A DNA stretch of 64,000 bases from Gammaproteobacteria bacterium (GTDB taxonomy: Bacteria > Pseudomonadota > Gammaproteobacteria > JAADGQ01), in assembly GCA_015490755.1 (NCBI GenBank), contig WFXF01000041.1, positions 2-64,001 of the forward strand, read 5' to 3'. Position 1 is the stretch's first letter; every line of letters starts with the position of its first letter. The position numbers and the translations under genes are program-made. Of the stretch, positions 7,280 to 16,266 are shown in pieces. Below the pieces are notes generated by a model. That model did no database searches and was not told the origin of the DNA. It saw only the letters and a list, made by a program, of their open reading frames with translations.

Positions 7280-8527
7280 CTATGTTAATTCAACATTAAG
7301 CTCTCCCATCGGTGTGGATAAGTTGATGGGCCTGATATTTTCACTTCTATTGAGGTGATAACGAATATTGTTCGTATAACTTTCCAGGATATGATCCCAT
7401 TGATGGTTTTTTTGAACATATGCATATCCTGATGCTGCAATTCGTTTTAATAAGTCTGGCTGGCTTTGCAGGTCGTATATTGCATTAGAGAACTCTTCTG
7501 GGGTATCACGAATTAGAATTTCTTTGTCAGGAATTGCATTAATTCCTTCTTTTCCCATTGTTGTTGTAATCGCTGGCAATCCAATGGACATATATTCTAG
7601 TATTTTGTTCTGAATTCCTGCACCAATTCTGACTGGGCAGACTCCACATAAAGCCCCTCGTGCGGCATCGGAGACAGAATTAACTTTTCCTGTCACTTCT
7701 ACGTTTGAATATTTTTCAAAGTGAGTGCGAGTACTTGGGTGAATATTTCCAATGATGCGAAATGTAAATCTCTCTTTTTTGTTTAAAAAAGGGAGTATTG
7801 AATCAATAAAGTATTGGCAGGCATCTTGATTTTGAACACTGATGATATTTCCAATAAAAACAATTAATCGACTCTTGGGAGTGGCCCCTATGTAAGTGAG
7901 TTGGGAAAAGTCAGCTCCATTGCTAATAATATTGATATTAGGGTTTGGGTATTTTGTAAGATGTTGTCGGTCAATATCTGAAACTAAAGTAACAGAGTCA
8001 TAATTATGGATACATGCTTTTTCATATTTCTCAAGACGAGAAGCTTCCAGATTATATATCCACTGTTTTAGCCCTTTTTTCTCTTTTAATTCCTGAACAC
8101 GTTTGTAATTAAGAGAAATTGCATCAGTCATTTCTAAAAAGCTAGGTTTGTTATATGGGTTGGATTCAATATATTGACCCGTTCGAATTAAATGGGACAG
8201 CACACCGTCATGTGAAGGCAAAAGTTTATCGACAATTTTTTTGAACTTTTGACTTTTATAATAGGCGAGCTGAAGTGGAGTTTTTGTAGGTAGTGCTACA
8301 AGAGAATTTAAATAACTATGCCACTTGGGAAGATAGACTCTGTGAATGTCTTTAAATACGTGATCATTGATAGATAGGTTTAGCTCACTTTTTTTGTCAC
8401 ATAATGAAAGTAACGTTAAGTCAAAGCTCTTTGCAAGCTCTTTACAAACATAATAAATGCGCAGTCGATCACCGCCGATAACCGGGTATGGAAAACGTGG
8501 AGTCAGAACCAATAAGCGCTTTTTCAT
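7280..8527 (-). CDS. Glycosyltransferase (GT4-like, GT-B fold)
   Basis: About 416 aa with GAGIQNKILEYMSIGLPAITT. The start is probably at the internal Met (MKKRLLVLTPRFPYP); the longer ORF extends to 8581. Confidence 0.75.
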   Translation of the reverse strand: MKKRLLVLTPRFPYPVIGGDRLRIYYVCKELAKSFDLTLLSLCDKKSELNLSINDHVFKDIHRVYLPKWHSYLNSLVALPTKTPLQLAYYKSQKFKKIVDKLLPSHDGVLSHLIRTGQYIESNPYNKPSFLEMTDAISLNYKRVQELKEKKGLKQWIYNLEASRLEKYEKACIHNYDSVTLVSDIDRQHLTKYPNPNINIISNGADFSQLTYIGATPKSRLIVFIGNIISVQNQDACQYFIDSILPFLNKKERFTFRIIGNIHPSTRTHFEKYSNVEVTGKVNSVSDAARGALCGVCPVRIGAGIQNKILEYMSIGLPAITTTMGKEGINAIPDKEILIRDTPEEFSNAIYDLQSQPDLLKRIAASGYAYVQKNHQWDHILESYTNNIRYHLNRSENIRPINLSTPMGELNVELT

Positions 8528-8663
8528 TGTATGCATTATATCCATTTCCATGATAATAATAGACCATCCTGTTATGAACATTATATATTTTTATTGTCAG
8601 GTTAAATCTTCGGCCATTGTACAATTTTCTGAAGTATTTAAGTGTATGCTCGCTTCTGAATAG

Positions 8664-8681
8664 GTTTGATTTTCGAATCAA
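8664..8681. promoter_or_regulatory. Palindrome TTTGATT-N4-AATCAAA in the divergent promoter region between the GT gene and the WecA-like gene
   Basis: 7-bp perfect arms read directly. The TTGAT/ATCAA half-sites are like those of FNR/CRP-family sites but the spacer is 6 bp. Confidence 0.25.
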
Positions 8682-8758
8682 ATAATAATTTTTTTTTATC
8701 TTCTGACGATACAAACTTCAAATATATCTAATAAACTAAATTTTAAGGCAAGGATGCA

Positions 8759-9829
8759 ATGCAAAATTTCATCATCTACTGTTTTGCAGCAATCACAACA
8801 GGGTTGTTTATTTGGTCACTCAGTGCGCTAGCAATACGTATCGGTTTCGTCGATCACCCTTGTTCTCGTAAAGCTCATTGTGGGCAAGTCCCTCTGGTGG
8901 GTGGTATATCCATGTTTGTTAGTTTTGTGCTGACAGTTCTGCTTTGGGGGGTCGTAAGTGACCCGCTGTTTTTTGCTTTTCTGGCAGCCTCTGCCTTGCT
9001 CATCGTTGTTGGCGCGATTGATGATTATAAATCACTCTCTACACGTATACGCTTCATCGTTCAGTTTATTGCTGCATTCATTATAGTTGTTTGGGGTGGG
9101 GTCGTGATTGAGGATCTTGGTGCTTTAACTGGCAGTGATTCTATTCTGTTAGGAGATTGGGCCGTGCCATTTACTATCGTTGCAATTGTTGGGGTTATTA
9201 ATGCATTTAATATGTCCGATGGCATTGATGGATTAGCAGGTGGGTTGGCTGTGTTGGCATTTTCTTTGATGAGTATTTTTGCCTTTTTAGGTGGGCAGAG
9301 TGGTAATGGCTTGATTTTATTGCTGTTGGCCAGTGTTGCGGCTGTGTTTCTTCTGTTTAATTTGAGAATTGGTAAAAGAAAACAGGCGCTTGTGTTCATG
9401 GGGGATGCTGGCAGTATGTTTTTAGGGGGAGCTCTATGCTGGTTTGCGATTACACTTTCTCAGGGTGAGTCGAAAGTGATGGAGCCTGTTGCTGCTGTCT
9501 GGATTTTGGCTGTACCATTGCTGGATACATTATGTTTGATTATTCGCAGGCTGAGGCGTGGCGAATCACCATGTGCGGGTGGAAGAGATCATCTGCATCA
9601 TGTTTTATTGGATTCTGGTTTCAGTGTGAATAAATCTGTATTAATAATTTGTGGTATTTCAGCTCTGTTCGGTGGGCTTGCCGTCATGGGAAGTCTTTGG
9701 CATGTTGAGGCTTATCTATATTTCGTAAGCTTCCTTGTGTTGTTTGCAGCTTACCTGTGGGCGATGTGTATGTGGGATGATCGATTCATGATGGCTTATG
9801 AAGTTGATTTGGAAGAAGAAGGGGTTTGA
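8759..9829 (+). CDS. wecA: Polyprenyl-phosphate N-acetylhexosamine-1-phosphate transferase (MraY/WecA/WbpL family)
   Basis: 356 aa, polytopic, with VGAIDDY and FNMSDGIDGLAGG and LVFMGDAGSMFLGG motifs. Confidence 0.8.
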   Translation: MQNFIIYCFAAITTGLFIWSLSALAIRIGFVDHPCSRKAHCGQVPLVGGISMFVSFVLTVLLWGVVSDPLFFAFLAASALLIVVGAIDDYKSLSTRIRFIVQFIAAFIIVVWGGVVIEDLGALTGSDSILLGDWAVPFTIVAIVGVINAFNMSDGIDGLAGGLAVLAFSLMSIFAFLGGQSGNGLILLLLASVAAVFLLFNLRIGKRKQALVFMGDAGSMFLGGALCWFAITLSQGESKVMEPVAAVWILAVPLLDTLCLIIRRLRRGESPCAGGRDHLHHVLLDSGFSVNKSVLIICGISALFGGLAVMGSLWHVEAYLYFVSFLVLFAAYLWAMCMWDDRFMMAYEVDLEEEGV

Positions 9830-9836
9830 TTGTGGT

Positions 9837-9925
9837 GCTTAGGAACGTGCACTTCATCACTTCTGCAACTATGACGTAGAAATTTTGCTTCGGTTCAAAC
9901 GATCTCAAGAGGCGCATTGTAGTGA
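9837..9925. repeat. Partial, diverged copy of the small inverted-repeat element found intact at 57888..58057
   Basis: It shares CTTAGGAACGTGCAC ... AATTTT.CTTC ... TCTCAAGAGGCGCAT with the left half of the 57.9 kb element, at roughly 75-80% identity. Confidence 0.45.
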
Positions 9926-9976
9926 CAAGTTAAACCGTCATACTTAAACAACCATAATTATTATGAGGTATAAATT

Positions 9977-10015
9977 ATGCGAGTTTACAACAATAGGGCA
10001 AGTCACAATTCCTCG
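9977..10015 (+). pseudogene. Orphan 5' fragment of a vapB gene, near-identical to the start of vapB at 4845
   Basis: ATGCGAGTTTACAACAATAGGGCAAGTCACAATTCCTCGG compared with ATGCGAGTTACAACAAAGGGACAAGTCACAATTCCTAGG. Confidence 0.5.
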
Positions 10016-10175
10016 GCTTTAGTTCATGGTTATTATGTCAATATGATGAAAGAAGAATAGCCATCCATAAATGGAAGAGCCTTTCAGCTTTTAAAATTGT
10101 TGAAGGATCATAGGTTTTGGCCAATGCTAAAGGTTGTTGTACGGCTAGCAGACGTATATCATAGCGTATATAGGA

Positions 10176-10328
10176 GTCTGTCCGAGAATGAAAAGTCTAC
10201 TGCGGAAAATCCATTTCGGCCATATTTGGTGTAAATTTTCGTTAAATAGAACAACTATTCGCCTCAAATTTACACCAAACCTGCCTCAAAATGGCTTTCC
10301 CTCGCTACGACTTCCATTCTCGGACAAG
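10176..10328. repeat. Nested inverted-repeat structure of about 150 bp. The outer arms are ..TGTCCGAGAATG.AAGTC and the inner arms are a perfect 14-bp TTTGGTGTAAATTT / AAATTTACACCAAA
   Basis: Outer arms are 10176-10197 and 10309-10328; inner arms are 10225-10238 and 10267-10280. The structure is non-coding and lies just upstream of the DUF1778/GNAT pair. Confidence 0.5.
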
Positions 10329-10360
10329 CTCCTAGTTGTTAGTATCTCAAGGATATATTT

Positions 10361-10630
10361 ATGAATAGAAAAACCGAACGAGTAGAGGCGAGATTTATGC
10401 CTGAGATAAAGCATTTAGCGGAGCGTGCAGCGTTGGTTAGTGGTGTCACCCTTACTGACTATTTAGCAAGATTAGTTCGTGAAGATGCGCCTAAAACACT
10501 GAAGTATTACACGGAAATTCAATTAACTAACGAACAGTTCGATAACTTCATGGCGATCTGTGATGCAGAGCACGAACCTAGTCAAGCAATCAAGGATGCT
10601 GCCAAGCGCCTTGATGAAGAGGGCTTTTAA
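10361..10630 (+). CDS. DUF1778-family antitoxin (TacA-like, RHH)
   Basis: 89 aa, followed 3 bp later by a GNAT toxin. The family assignment rests on the pairing and on the N-terminal RHH-like region. Confidence 0.6.
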   Translation: MNRKTERVEARFMPEIKHLAERAALVSGVTLTDYLARLVREDAPKTLKYYTEIQLTNEQFDNFMAICDAEHEPSQAIKDAAKRLDEEGF

Positions 10631-10633
10631 TTA

Positions 10634-11146
10634 GTGCTCTGTCAGTCATTTGTTCCGATTAATAAAGCTGAACATTTAATTAAGGCCTTTAATTGCGGCA
10701 AACCAGAGATGAACCAATTTTTATCACGGTTTGCAATTAAACACGCAAAATCAGGATTGAGCCGGACGTTGGTTCTAACCGTTGATGAACCCGTAGCAGG
10801 CAAAAGGCCGATTGCTTCTTATTACACTTTGGCGGCTTCCACTGTTTGCCAGTATGAGATCCCCACCACGCAAAGTTTGCCACGCTACCCTGTGCCCGTT
10901 GCTCTGCTTTGCCGATTAGCAGTAGATGTTAATTATCAAGCAATAGGGCTGGGCGAAAAGTCTTTAATTAGTGCTTTACGTCATACGGTACGATTGTGCG
11001 ATGAAGGGCTTCCAGTCTACGGGCTGATCCTGGATGTCTTGGATGAGGATGCATTGAAGTTTTATCAACGGTTTGATTTCTTTCACAGTTTTACTGATGA
11101 TCCTATGCGACTTTTTTCTCCGATGAACGTATTGCGGAAGATTTAA
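10634..11146 (+). CDS. GNAT-family N-acetyltransferase toxin (TacT/AtaT-like)
   Basis: 170 aa with an acetyl-CoA binding region (QAIGLGEKSL) and the typical 3-bp spacing after the DUF1778 gene. Confidence 0.6.
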   Translation: MLCQSFVPINKAEHLIKAFNCGKPEMNQFLSRFAIKHAKSGLSRTLVLTVDEPVAGKRPIASYYTLAASTVCQYEIPTTQSLPRYPVPVALLCRLAVDVNYQAIGLGEKSLISALRHTVRLCDEGLPVYGLILDVLDEDALKFYQRFDFFHSFTDDPMRLFSPMNVLRKI

Positions 11147-11370
11147 AACATTTACATGAAAGCGCTGATATTTAATTTGACCGGTTCTGTTGGAAAAATC
11201 TATTCACCCATATTTATAGGTGTTTTCTGTATAAAGGTTGTGGGTTTATTTTGCGGTTATTATGTCAATAATGAAACTTTGATTGGGTTATATGTAAGTG
11301 ATTATGATAGCAATAACAGATAATGAAATAAAATTACAAGGCATTGAGGTGCTCATATTTTCTTTGAGTT

Positions 11371-11480
11371 TGTAAGTTTCCTTGTGTTGTTTGCAGCTTA
11401 CTTATGGGTGATTTGTATGTGGGATGATCGATTTATGGTAGCTTATGAAGTTGATTTAGAAGAGGAGGGCGCCTGATTGT
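11371..11480 (+). pseudogene. Displaced duplicate of the last ~105 bp of the WecA-like gene (about 89% identical to 9724..9834)
   Basis: It translates to SFLVLFAAYLWVICMWDDRFMVAYEVDLEEEGA, compared with the gene's ...AYLWAMCMWDDRFMMAYEVDLEEEGV. It is the second boundary of an islet of about 1.55 kb. Confidence 0.6.
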
Positions 11481-12519
11481 GAGCCGCCTCTTCTGAATCG
11501 GCCGTTCCTAGTAATACGGCAAGCCAGTGAGTTTCATCTCGGCTGTCTAATGCAATTTTGACGGTCATTGTCAGCGGTACTGAAAGAAACATTCCTACAG
11601 GGCCTAGTATCCATCCCCAAAAAACCAGAGATAAAAATACAACCAAGGGGGACAATCCCATTCCACGCCCCATAAAACGTGGCTCTAATACATTGCCAAC
11701 GATCGTGTTGACGACTAAAAATCCGATTGCAACGCTAATTGCCGCGCCTGTGCCTAATTGGATTAATGCAAGCAGTACGACTGGAACGGCGGCAATAATT
11801 GAGCCGATGTTAGGGACAAAGTTGAGCATAAATGCCAGCAAGCCCCAAAGCAGTGGGTAATCAACGCCAATAATGATAAGCCAGATGGTGATTAAAACGG
11901 CAGTCAAAAGGCTTGCCATACTTTTTATGGCCAGGTAATTTTTTACTGTTGATGTGAATTTTTGAAAAGGGACAAGTGAATCTTTTTTATCACCCAGTGC
12001 GATACGCAGTTTTCTTGGAAAACTGGAGGTTTCAAATAGAATAAAAACAACAGTTAACAGGATTAAAAAAGCATTGCCTAAGGCTCCACCCAGACCATTG
12101 AGTGTTTGAGCTGCGATTTTCATTGCAACGGCAGGATCAAACGCAGTGGTTAATGCTTCCAGTGATATTTCAAACCCAAACCTTTCAACCCACTCTCTTA
12201 AATGTGTCATCTGTTCAGTGAGACGTTCCTGGTAAAAGGGCAGGTCTGCTGAAAAGTTTTTGAGTGAAGAGCCAATAAGTGCACCTAATCCCAGCACAAC
12301 GGTAATCACACATGTGATGACAACAATCATGGCAAGTGACCGCGGAAGTCCACGGTTTTCTAACCAGAATAGAGGCGGTGCGCTAATAATAGCAATAAAT
12401 ATCGAGAGTAAAAAAGGAATGATAATGGGCTTGGCCGCCTGCATTCCAGCAACAACAATGACGAATGCTGCGATATAAATCAGTATGGGAATACCCATAG
12501 TATATTTTAGTTGTGTCAT
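11443..12519 (-). CDS. AI-2E family transporter (PerM/TqsA/YhhT, UPF0118)
   Basis: 358 aa with 7-8 TM segments and the typical AI-2E family layout. Its 3' end overlaps the duplicated wecA 3' fragment. Confidence 0.75.
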   Translation of the reverse strand: MTQLKYTMGIPILIYIAAFVIVVAGMQAAKPIIIPFLLSIFIAIISAPPLFWLENRGLPRSLAMIVVITCVITVVLGLGALIGSSLKNFSADLPFYQERLTEQMTHLREWVERFGFEISLEALTTAFDPAVAMKIAAQTLNGLGGALGNAFLILLTVVFILFETSSFPRKLRIALGDKKDSLVPFQKFTSTVKNYLAIKSMASLLTAVLITIWLIIIGVDYPLLWGLLAFMLNFVPNIGSIIAAVPVVLLALIQLGTGAAISVAIGFLVVNTIVGNVLEPRFMGRGMGLSPLVVFLSLVFWGWILGPVGMFLSVPLTMTVKIALDSRDETHWLAVLLGTADSEEAAHNQAPSSSKSTS

Positions 12520-12630
12520 GTTTTATTTGTCTGTTCTATTTTATTTAATGGCAAAAATAAAAAATTGCCATGATTTTAATTATGCCACTATACTGTGGAT
12601 AGTCAAAAAGTTAATGTAGCGATACGAATA

Positions 12631-12879
12631 ATGAATCAATTAGTGACAATAGGAAAGTCTGGCAGGTTAGTGATACCTGTTAAATTTCGTAAAGCATTGG
12701 GATTAAAAGAGGGTGAAGGGGTGATGATTGCGATAAAAGAGGGTCATATCGAAATTTCGCCGATAGATTGTTCTATTAAAGATGCTCAAGAGAGAGTTGC
12801 TAAATACCTTAAGCCTGGCGATGATCTCGTAGAAATGCTTTTTGACGAGCGAAAAGATGAATTTTCTAATGAGCGTTAA
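12631..12879 (+). CDS. vapB: VapB antitoxin (AbrB/SpoVT fold)
   Basis: LVTIGKSGRLVIPVKFRKALGLKEGEGVMI. The ORF could begin further upstream at 12595. Confidence 0.7.
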   Translation: MNQLVTIGKSGRLVIPVKFRKALGLKEGEGVMIAIKEGHIEISPIDCSIKDAQERVAKYLKPGDDLVEMLFDERKDEFSNER

Positions 12880-13258
12880 GTATATTTTAGATGCCTCCTC
12901 ATTACTTGCTTTACTGCAAAACGAATCGGGGGCAGAGGTTGTTTCAAAATACTTATCTGTGAGTGCTATATCTGCTGTAAATTTGGCAGAGACGGCCAGT
13001 GTACTGAATAAATTGGGTATGCCAGAGAATGAAATTTTTGATCTTTTTAAAGAGATGAATATAGCTACGTTAAGTTATGATCGGGATGTCGCAATTTCTG
13101 CTGGAGGAATGAGATCGGTGACTGCCAAATACGGACTATCGCTTGGAGATAGAGCATGTTTGGCGACAGCCAGAAAGCATCAATGTATTGCATTAACTGC
13201 TGATAAGGTATGGTTGAATATTCAGGATGATATTGCGCACATCAAACTTATTCGTTAG
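12869..13258 (+). CDS. vapC: VapC PIN-domain toxin
   Basis: YILDASSLLALLQNE...; it overlaps the end of vapB. The longer ORF from 12842 is also possible. Confidence 0.7.
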   Translation: MSVKYILDASSLLALLQNESGAEVVSKYLSVSAISAVNLAETASVLNKLGMPENEIFDLFKEMNIATLSYDRDVAISAGGMRSVTAKYGLSLGDRACLATARKHQCIALTADKVWLNIQDDIAHIKLIR

Positions 13259-13270
13259 CTATGTTTGGGA

Positions 13271-14245
13271 TTAAGTGGGTAGAAAATCGAAGTTATATTG
13301 AATCGTGAATTCACTTACATTTTCCGCACCAAAATCAATAAACTTTATACGTGAAATAATTTTTTTCAAGATCTCTTTTGATTGATATTCACTGGAGAGA
13401 ATTTTGACTTCTGTCACTTTTCCTGACGGTGCGATCACAATTTCAACATTAACTCTGCCTTGCAAGGTTGGGTCGGATCGCAATGCTCGCCGGTGAATAG
13501 AGTTAATTGCACCTTCATGCTGTCTGATTTTAAGAGTAACCGCTTCTTTGGAGCGTTCCCTTTTAGTAATTTGTTTTTTCGGTTTTTTGTAAGCAGCATC
13601 GCGGGCTGCACGTTCGACAGGGCTTTCGATCACCGTCGTGGAGCGATCAGAAAGTTGGACACCTCCAGTGCTGCGGGAAAGCTGATTTGTATTGATTCCA
13701 CCGCTGCTTTTTCCGGCCAGGGCGGTCATCATGGATCGTTCTACGTTTGCGCTTTGAGGCTGTGATGTCAGGAGTGGTTTGTTGCTTTGAAGCGCTGGAG
13801 TCTCTCTAAGGTCAGCAAGGTCGTCTGAAAATGCAAGTAACCCTGAACTTGCTGCTTTTTTGCGAGCGGCATCAATACGTTGCTCAGGCGTTTTTTGCTT
13901 GGGCTTGGGCGGCTCTTTTTTTTCAATTTTTTCTTTTTCAGGCTTTTTCTCAGGTTCTTTTTTCTTCTCTTCCTTTTTAGGCTCCTCTTTTTTTATCTCG
14001 GGCTTTTCTATTTTGGTTTCAGGTTTGGGAGGTAAGATGACTTTTTTTTGCTCAAGAATCATCTTGGCTAAACGAGGTGGAAGTTTTTCCGTTTGTGAAC
14101 GATCCTGTTTGGGAACAGGAATGTGGGATACGGCAATACTGAAAATCAAAAATAGAACCAGAAAAACAGCGACAAGCTTCTGGAAGCTGCGTTCATCAGC
14201 TTCACTGGTTGTCCATGATAATTCGTAAGGAGTATATGTCGCCAC
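13271..14245 (-). CDS. tonB: Energy transducer TonB
   Basis: 324 aa with an N-terminal TM segment, a long Pro/Lys/Glu-rich (EKKP)n spacer and a C-terminal TonB domain. Confidence 0.75.
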   Translation of the reverse strand: MATYTPYELSWTTSEADERSFQKLVAVFLVLFLIFSIAVSHIPVPKQDRSQTEKLPPRLAKMILEQKKVILPPKPETKIEKPEIKKEEPKKEEKKKEPEKKPEKEKIEKKEPPKPKQKTPEQRIDAARKKAASSGLLAFSDDLADLRETPALQSNKPLLTSQPQSANVERSMMTALAGKSSGGINTNQLSRSTGGVQLSDRSTTVIESPVERAARDAAYKKPKKQITKRERSKEAVTLKIRQHEGAINSIHRRALRSDPTLQGRVNVEIVIAPSGKVTEVKILSSEYQSKEILKKIISRIKFIDFGAENVSEFTIQYNFDFLPT

Positions 14246-14252
14246 GTTTTGA

Positions 14253-14759
14253 TTAGCCCTGTTTCTTTATCATTTTTTTAGCGACAGCCAATGAGATATT
14301 GCTGTAACCGGAGCGCGAACATGTGGCCATAATCTTTTTAAGCAGTGAGTAAGGAATCTGTTTGTCACCCATAATAGTAATTTCACCTATAAAAGGTTGG
14401 CCTTCTGGCTGGTTTTTCATGGATCGTGCGGCGTTATAATTAAGTTCATTTTGCAGTGGTTTGATCATATTTTCCTGGCTTTTCATTACATCATTAATAG
14501 AAGCAACTTTTTTGCCGTGAATTAAAATATCATGTTGGGTAACGACAATCACAAGGGTCTCTTTAGGGAGCTGTTCAATTGAGGCTTTTGGAAGTTTTAA
14601 GTCTTTTGTGCTGGGAAGTACGGCAACATTTGATGAATTAACCAATAGAAAAAAAACAAGAATCGTGAAGATATCCATTAGCGAAACCAGGTTGATTTTT
14701 CCTTGATGGCTTCGCTTGTGGTGCCGTTCCATGCGGCGAGCACGTTTGGACATTTTCAT
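14253..14759 (-). CDS. exbD: Biopolymer transporter ExbD/TolR
   Basis: 168 aa with a single TM segment (VSLMDIFTILVFFLL). Confidence 0.75.
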   Translation of the reverse strand: MKMSKRARRMERHHKRSHQGKINLVSLMDIFTILVFFLLVNSSNVAVLPSTKDLKLPKASIEQLPKETLVIVVTQHDILIHGKKVASINDVMKSQENMIKPLQNELNYNAARSMKNQPEGQPFIGEITIMGDKQIPYSLLKKIMATCSRSGYSNISLAVAKKMIKKQG

Positions 14760-15244
14760 GGCGCGTCACCCAGTGATATATCTGGAAAAAGTTCAGCCTG
14801 TACAACAGAACCCGCCTGGTAAATCTCGACCATTCGAGTGCTATCCATGACCTGGATTAATGTGTCATAAGAGGTGTCCGGGCTAGAGAGGATCATCGCT
14901 TCCTGTTTGCCTGGGAATCGTGCTTTCAAGATGCTTAATAATTCGCTCAGTGCTTTGTAGTCATGTTTACCACTCTTTAGCGGAATGGACTTTATCAGCC
15001 TGCCAGGGCGATCAGAGACTTCCAGTGCATTTGGACGAATAATAATCTCCAGTAAAAATTCCGGCTTTTTATCACTCTCAGTATTGACAGTGTCTGCAGG
15101 AGGCAGATTAAGTTCAAGAATTGTGATCTGGGAAAATACCGCGGTAATCAGCAAGAATGGTACTAGAATGACCATCAAGTTCATGAATGCGGTGATATCC
15201 AGGTCAGCAGGTTCTTTGCCATGCCGGCGTAAACGCTTTTTCAT
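14756..15244 (-). CDS. exbD: Biopolymer transporter ExbD/TolR (second paralog)
   Basis: 162 aa with the segment ITAFMNLMVILVPFLL. Confidence 0.75.
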   Translation of the reverse strand: MKKRLRRHGKEPADLDITAFMNLMVILVPFLLITAVFSQITILELNLPPADTVNTESDKKPEFLLEIIIRPNALEVSDRPGRLIKSIPLKSGKHDYKALSELLSILKARFPGKQEAMILSSPDTSYDTLIQVMDSTRMVEIYQAGSVVQAELFPDISLGDAP

Positions 15245-15906
15245 TATTGTGGTCTTTTATTTGCTGCGCTGCGGCGGGCATTGGTGGTGATTATATTGAG
15301 AATCTTGACTGAAGCCATCTCCAGATTATCAATGATATCTGTTGTTTTTGTTTGTAAAAAAGCGTGCATCAAAAGCAGGGGGATTGCGACAATCAAACCA
15401 AATGCTGTTGTGTTCATTGCAATAGAGATGCTTGAAGAGAGTAGATCAGCTTTTTGGGCAGGATCGGCTTGAGCGACCGCAGTAAATGCCTGGATCAGGC
15501 CGATAATCGTACCCAAAAGACCCATGAGTGTGGCAATGTTGGCCAGGGTTGCCAGATAGTGAGTGCGTTTTTCGATTTTGGGAATCGCTTCCATCAATCC
15601 CTCTTCCATGGCTGTTTCAATATCATCTCGGTGCTGAGAGGTTTGCAGGCGCGCTAAACCATACGCTACGATGCTTGCCATGGCTGTTTTTGATTTGACG
15701 ACGATGTTAGCTGCTTTATCGTAAGCACCTGATTTAAGTTGAGGCATGAGAGCTTGCCATACTTTTTTGTTTTTGTTTTTAATGGATGTAAGATAGAGGT
15801 AGCGTTCTACTGCAATAGCAAGGCCTACAGCTAAAATCAGTATGATGGGATACATAAACGCACCACCTTCTTGCAAAAAACGCACAATGGCTGTGAAGGC
15901 ATCCAT
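15244..15906 (-). CDS. exbB: MotA/TolQ/ExbB proton channel
   Basis: 220 aa with 3 TM segments and a conserved C-terminal TM pair. Confidence 0.75.
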   Translation of the reverse strand: MDAFTAIVRFLQEGGAFMYPIILILAVGLAIAVERYLYLTSIKNKNKKVWQALMPQLKSGAYDKAANIVVKSKTAMASIVAYGLARLQTSQHRDDIETAMEEGLMEAIPKIEKRTHYLATLANIATLMGLLGTIIGLIQAFTAVAQADPAQKADLLSSSISIAMNTTAFGLIVAIPLLLMHAFLQTKTTDIIDNLEMASVKILNIITTNARRSAANKRPQ

Positions 15907-15966
15907 ATTGATCTCCTGAATCTAAATTAGTTTATTGATTTAAAAAAATGGGCATTATACTCAACA

Positions 15967-16266
15967 TTATTTTGTTACGTCTTGATTTATGTATTCATTT
16001 TTAAACAAATTATAATATTTGAGTTGTCGTTGAAAAACCTCTCTATCGAGTGGTTGAAGTACGTCTTTGTTGGTCAGGCTCTCGAGTGGTTTACCTGCAA
16101 TTTTACTCATAGGAGGGGATTTCCAGGGAATAATATATGAAACGGTAGGCAGTTCGTGATTTATGGAGTTTTTTCCGGGCGTATCATTTGCAAAGCTGCT
16201 GCTAAAAGGAGCGAGTAGCAAAATTAGCAAGAGTGATGGCTTTATTATTTTCATGGCTATATTCAA
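15967..16266 (-). CDS. Hypothetical secreted protein
   Basis: Carries a signal peptide and is co-oriented with the ExbB operon. Confidence 0.4.
   Translation of the reverse strand: MNIAMKIIKPSLLLILLLAPFSSSFANDTPGKNSINHELPTVSYIIPWKSPPMSKIAGKPLESLTNKDVLQPLDREVFQRQLKYYNLFKNEYINQDVTK

Noticed and set aside
13860-14060. Highly repetitive T/C-rich DNA that looks like a tandem repeat or CRISPR-like array
   Set aside because: It is the reverse strand of the Pro/Lys/Glu-rich (EKKP)n spacer of TonB. It is coding low complexity, with no unique spacers.
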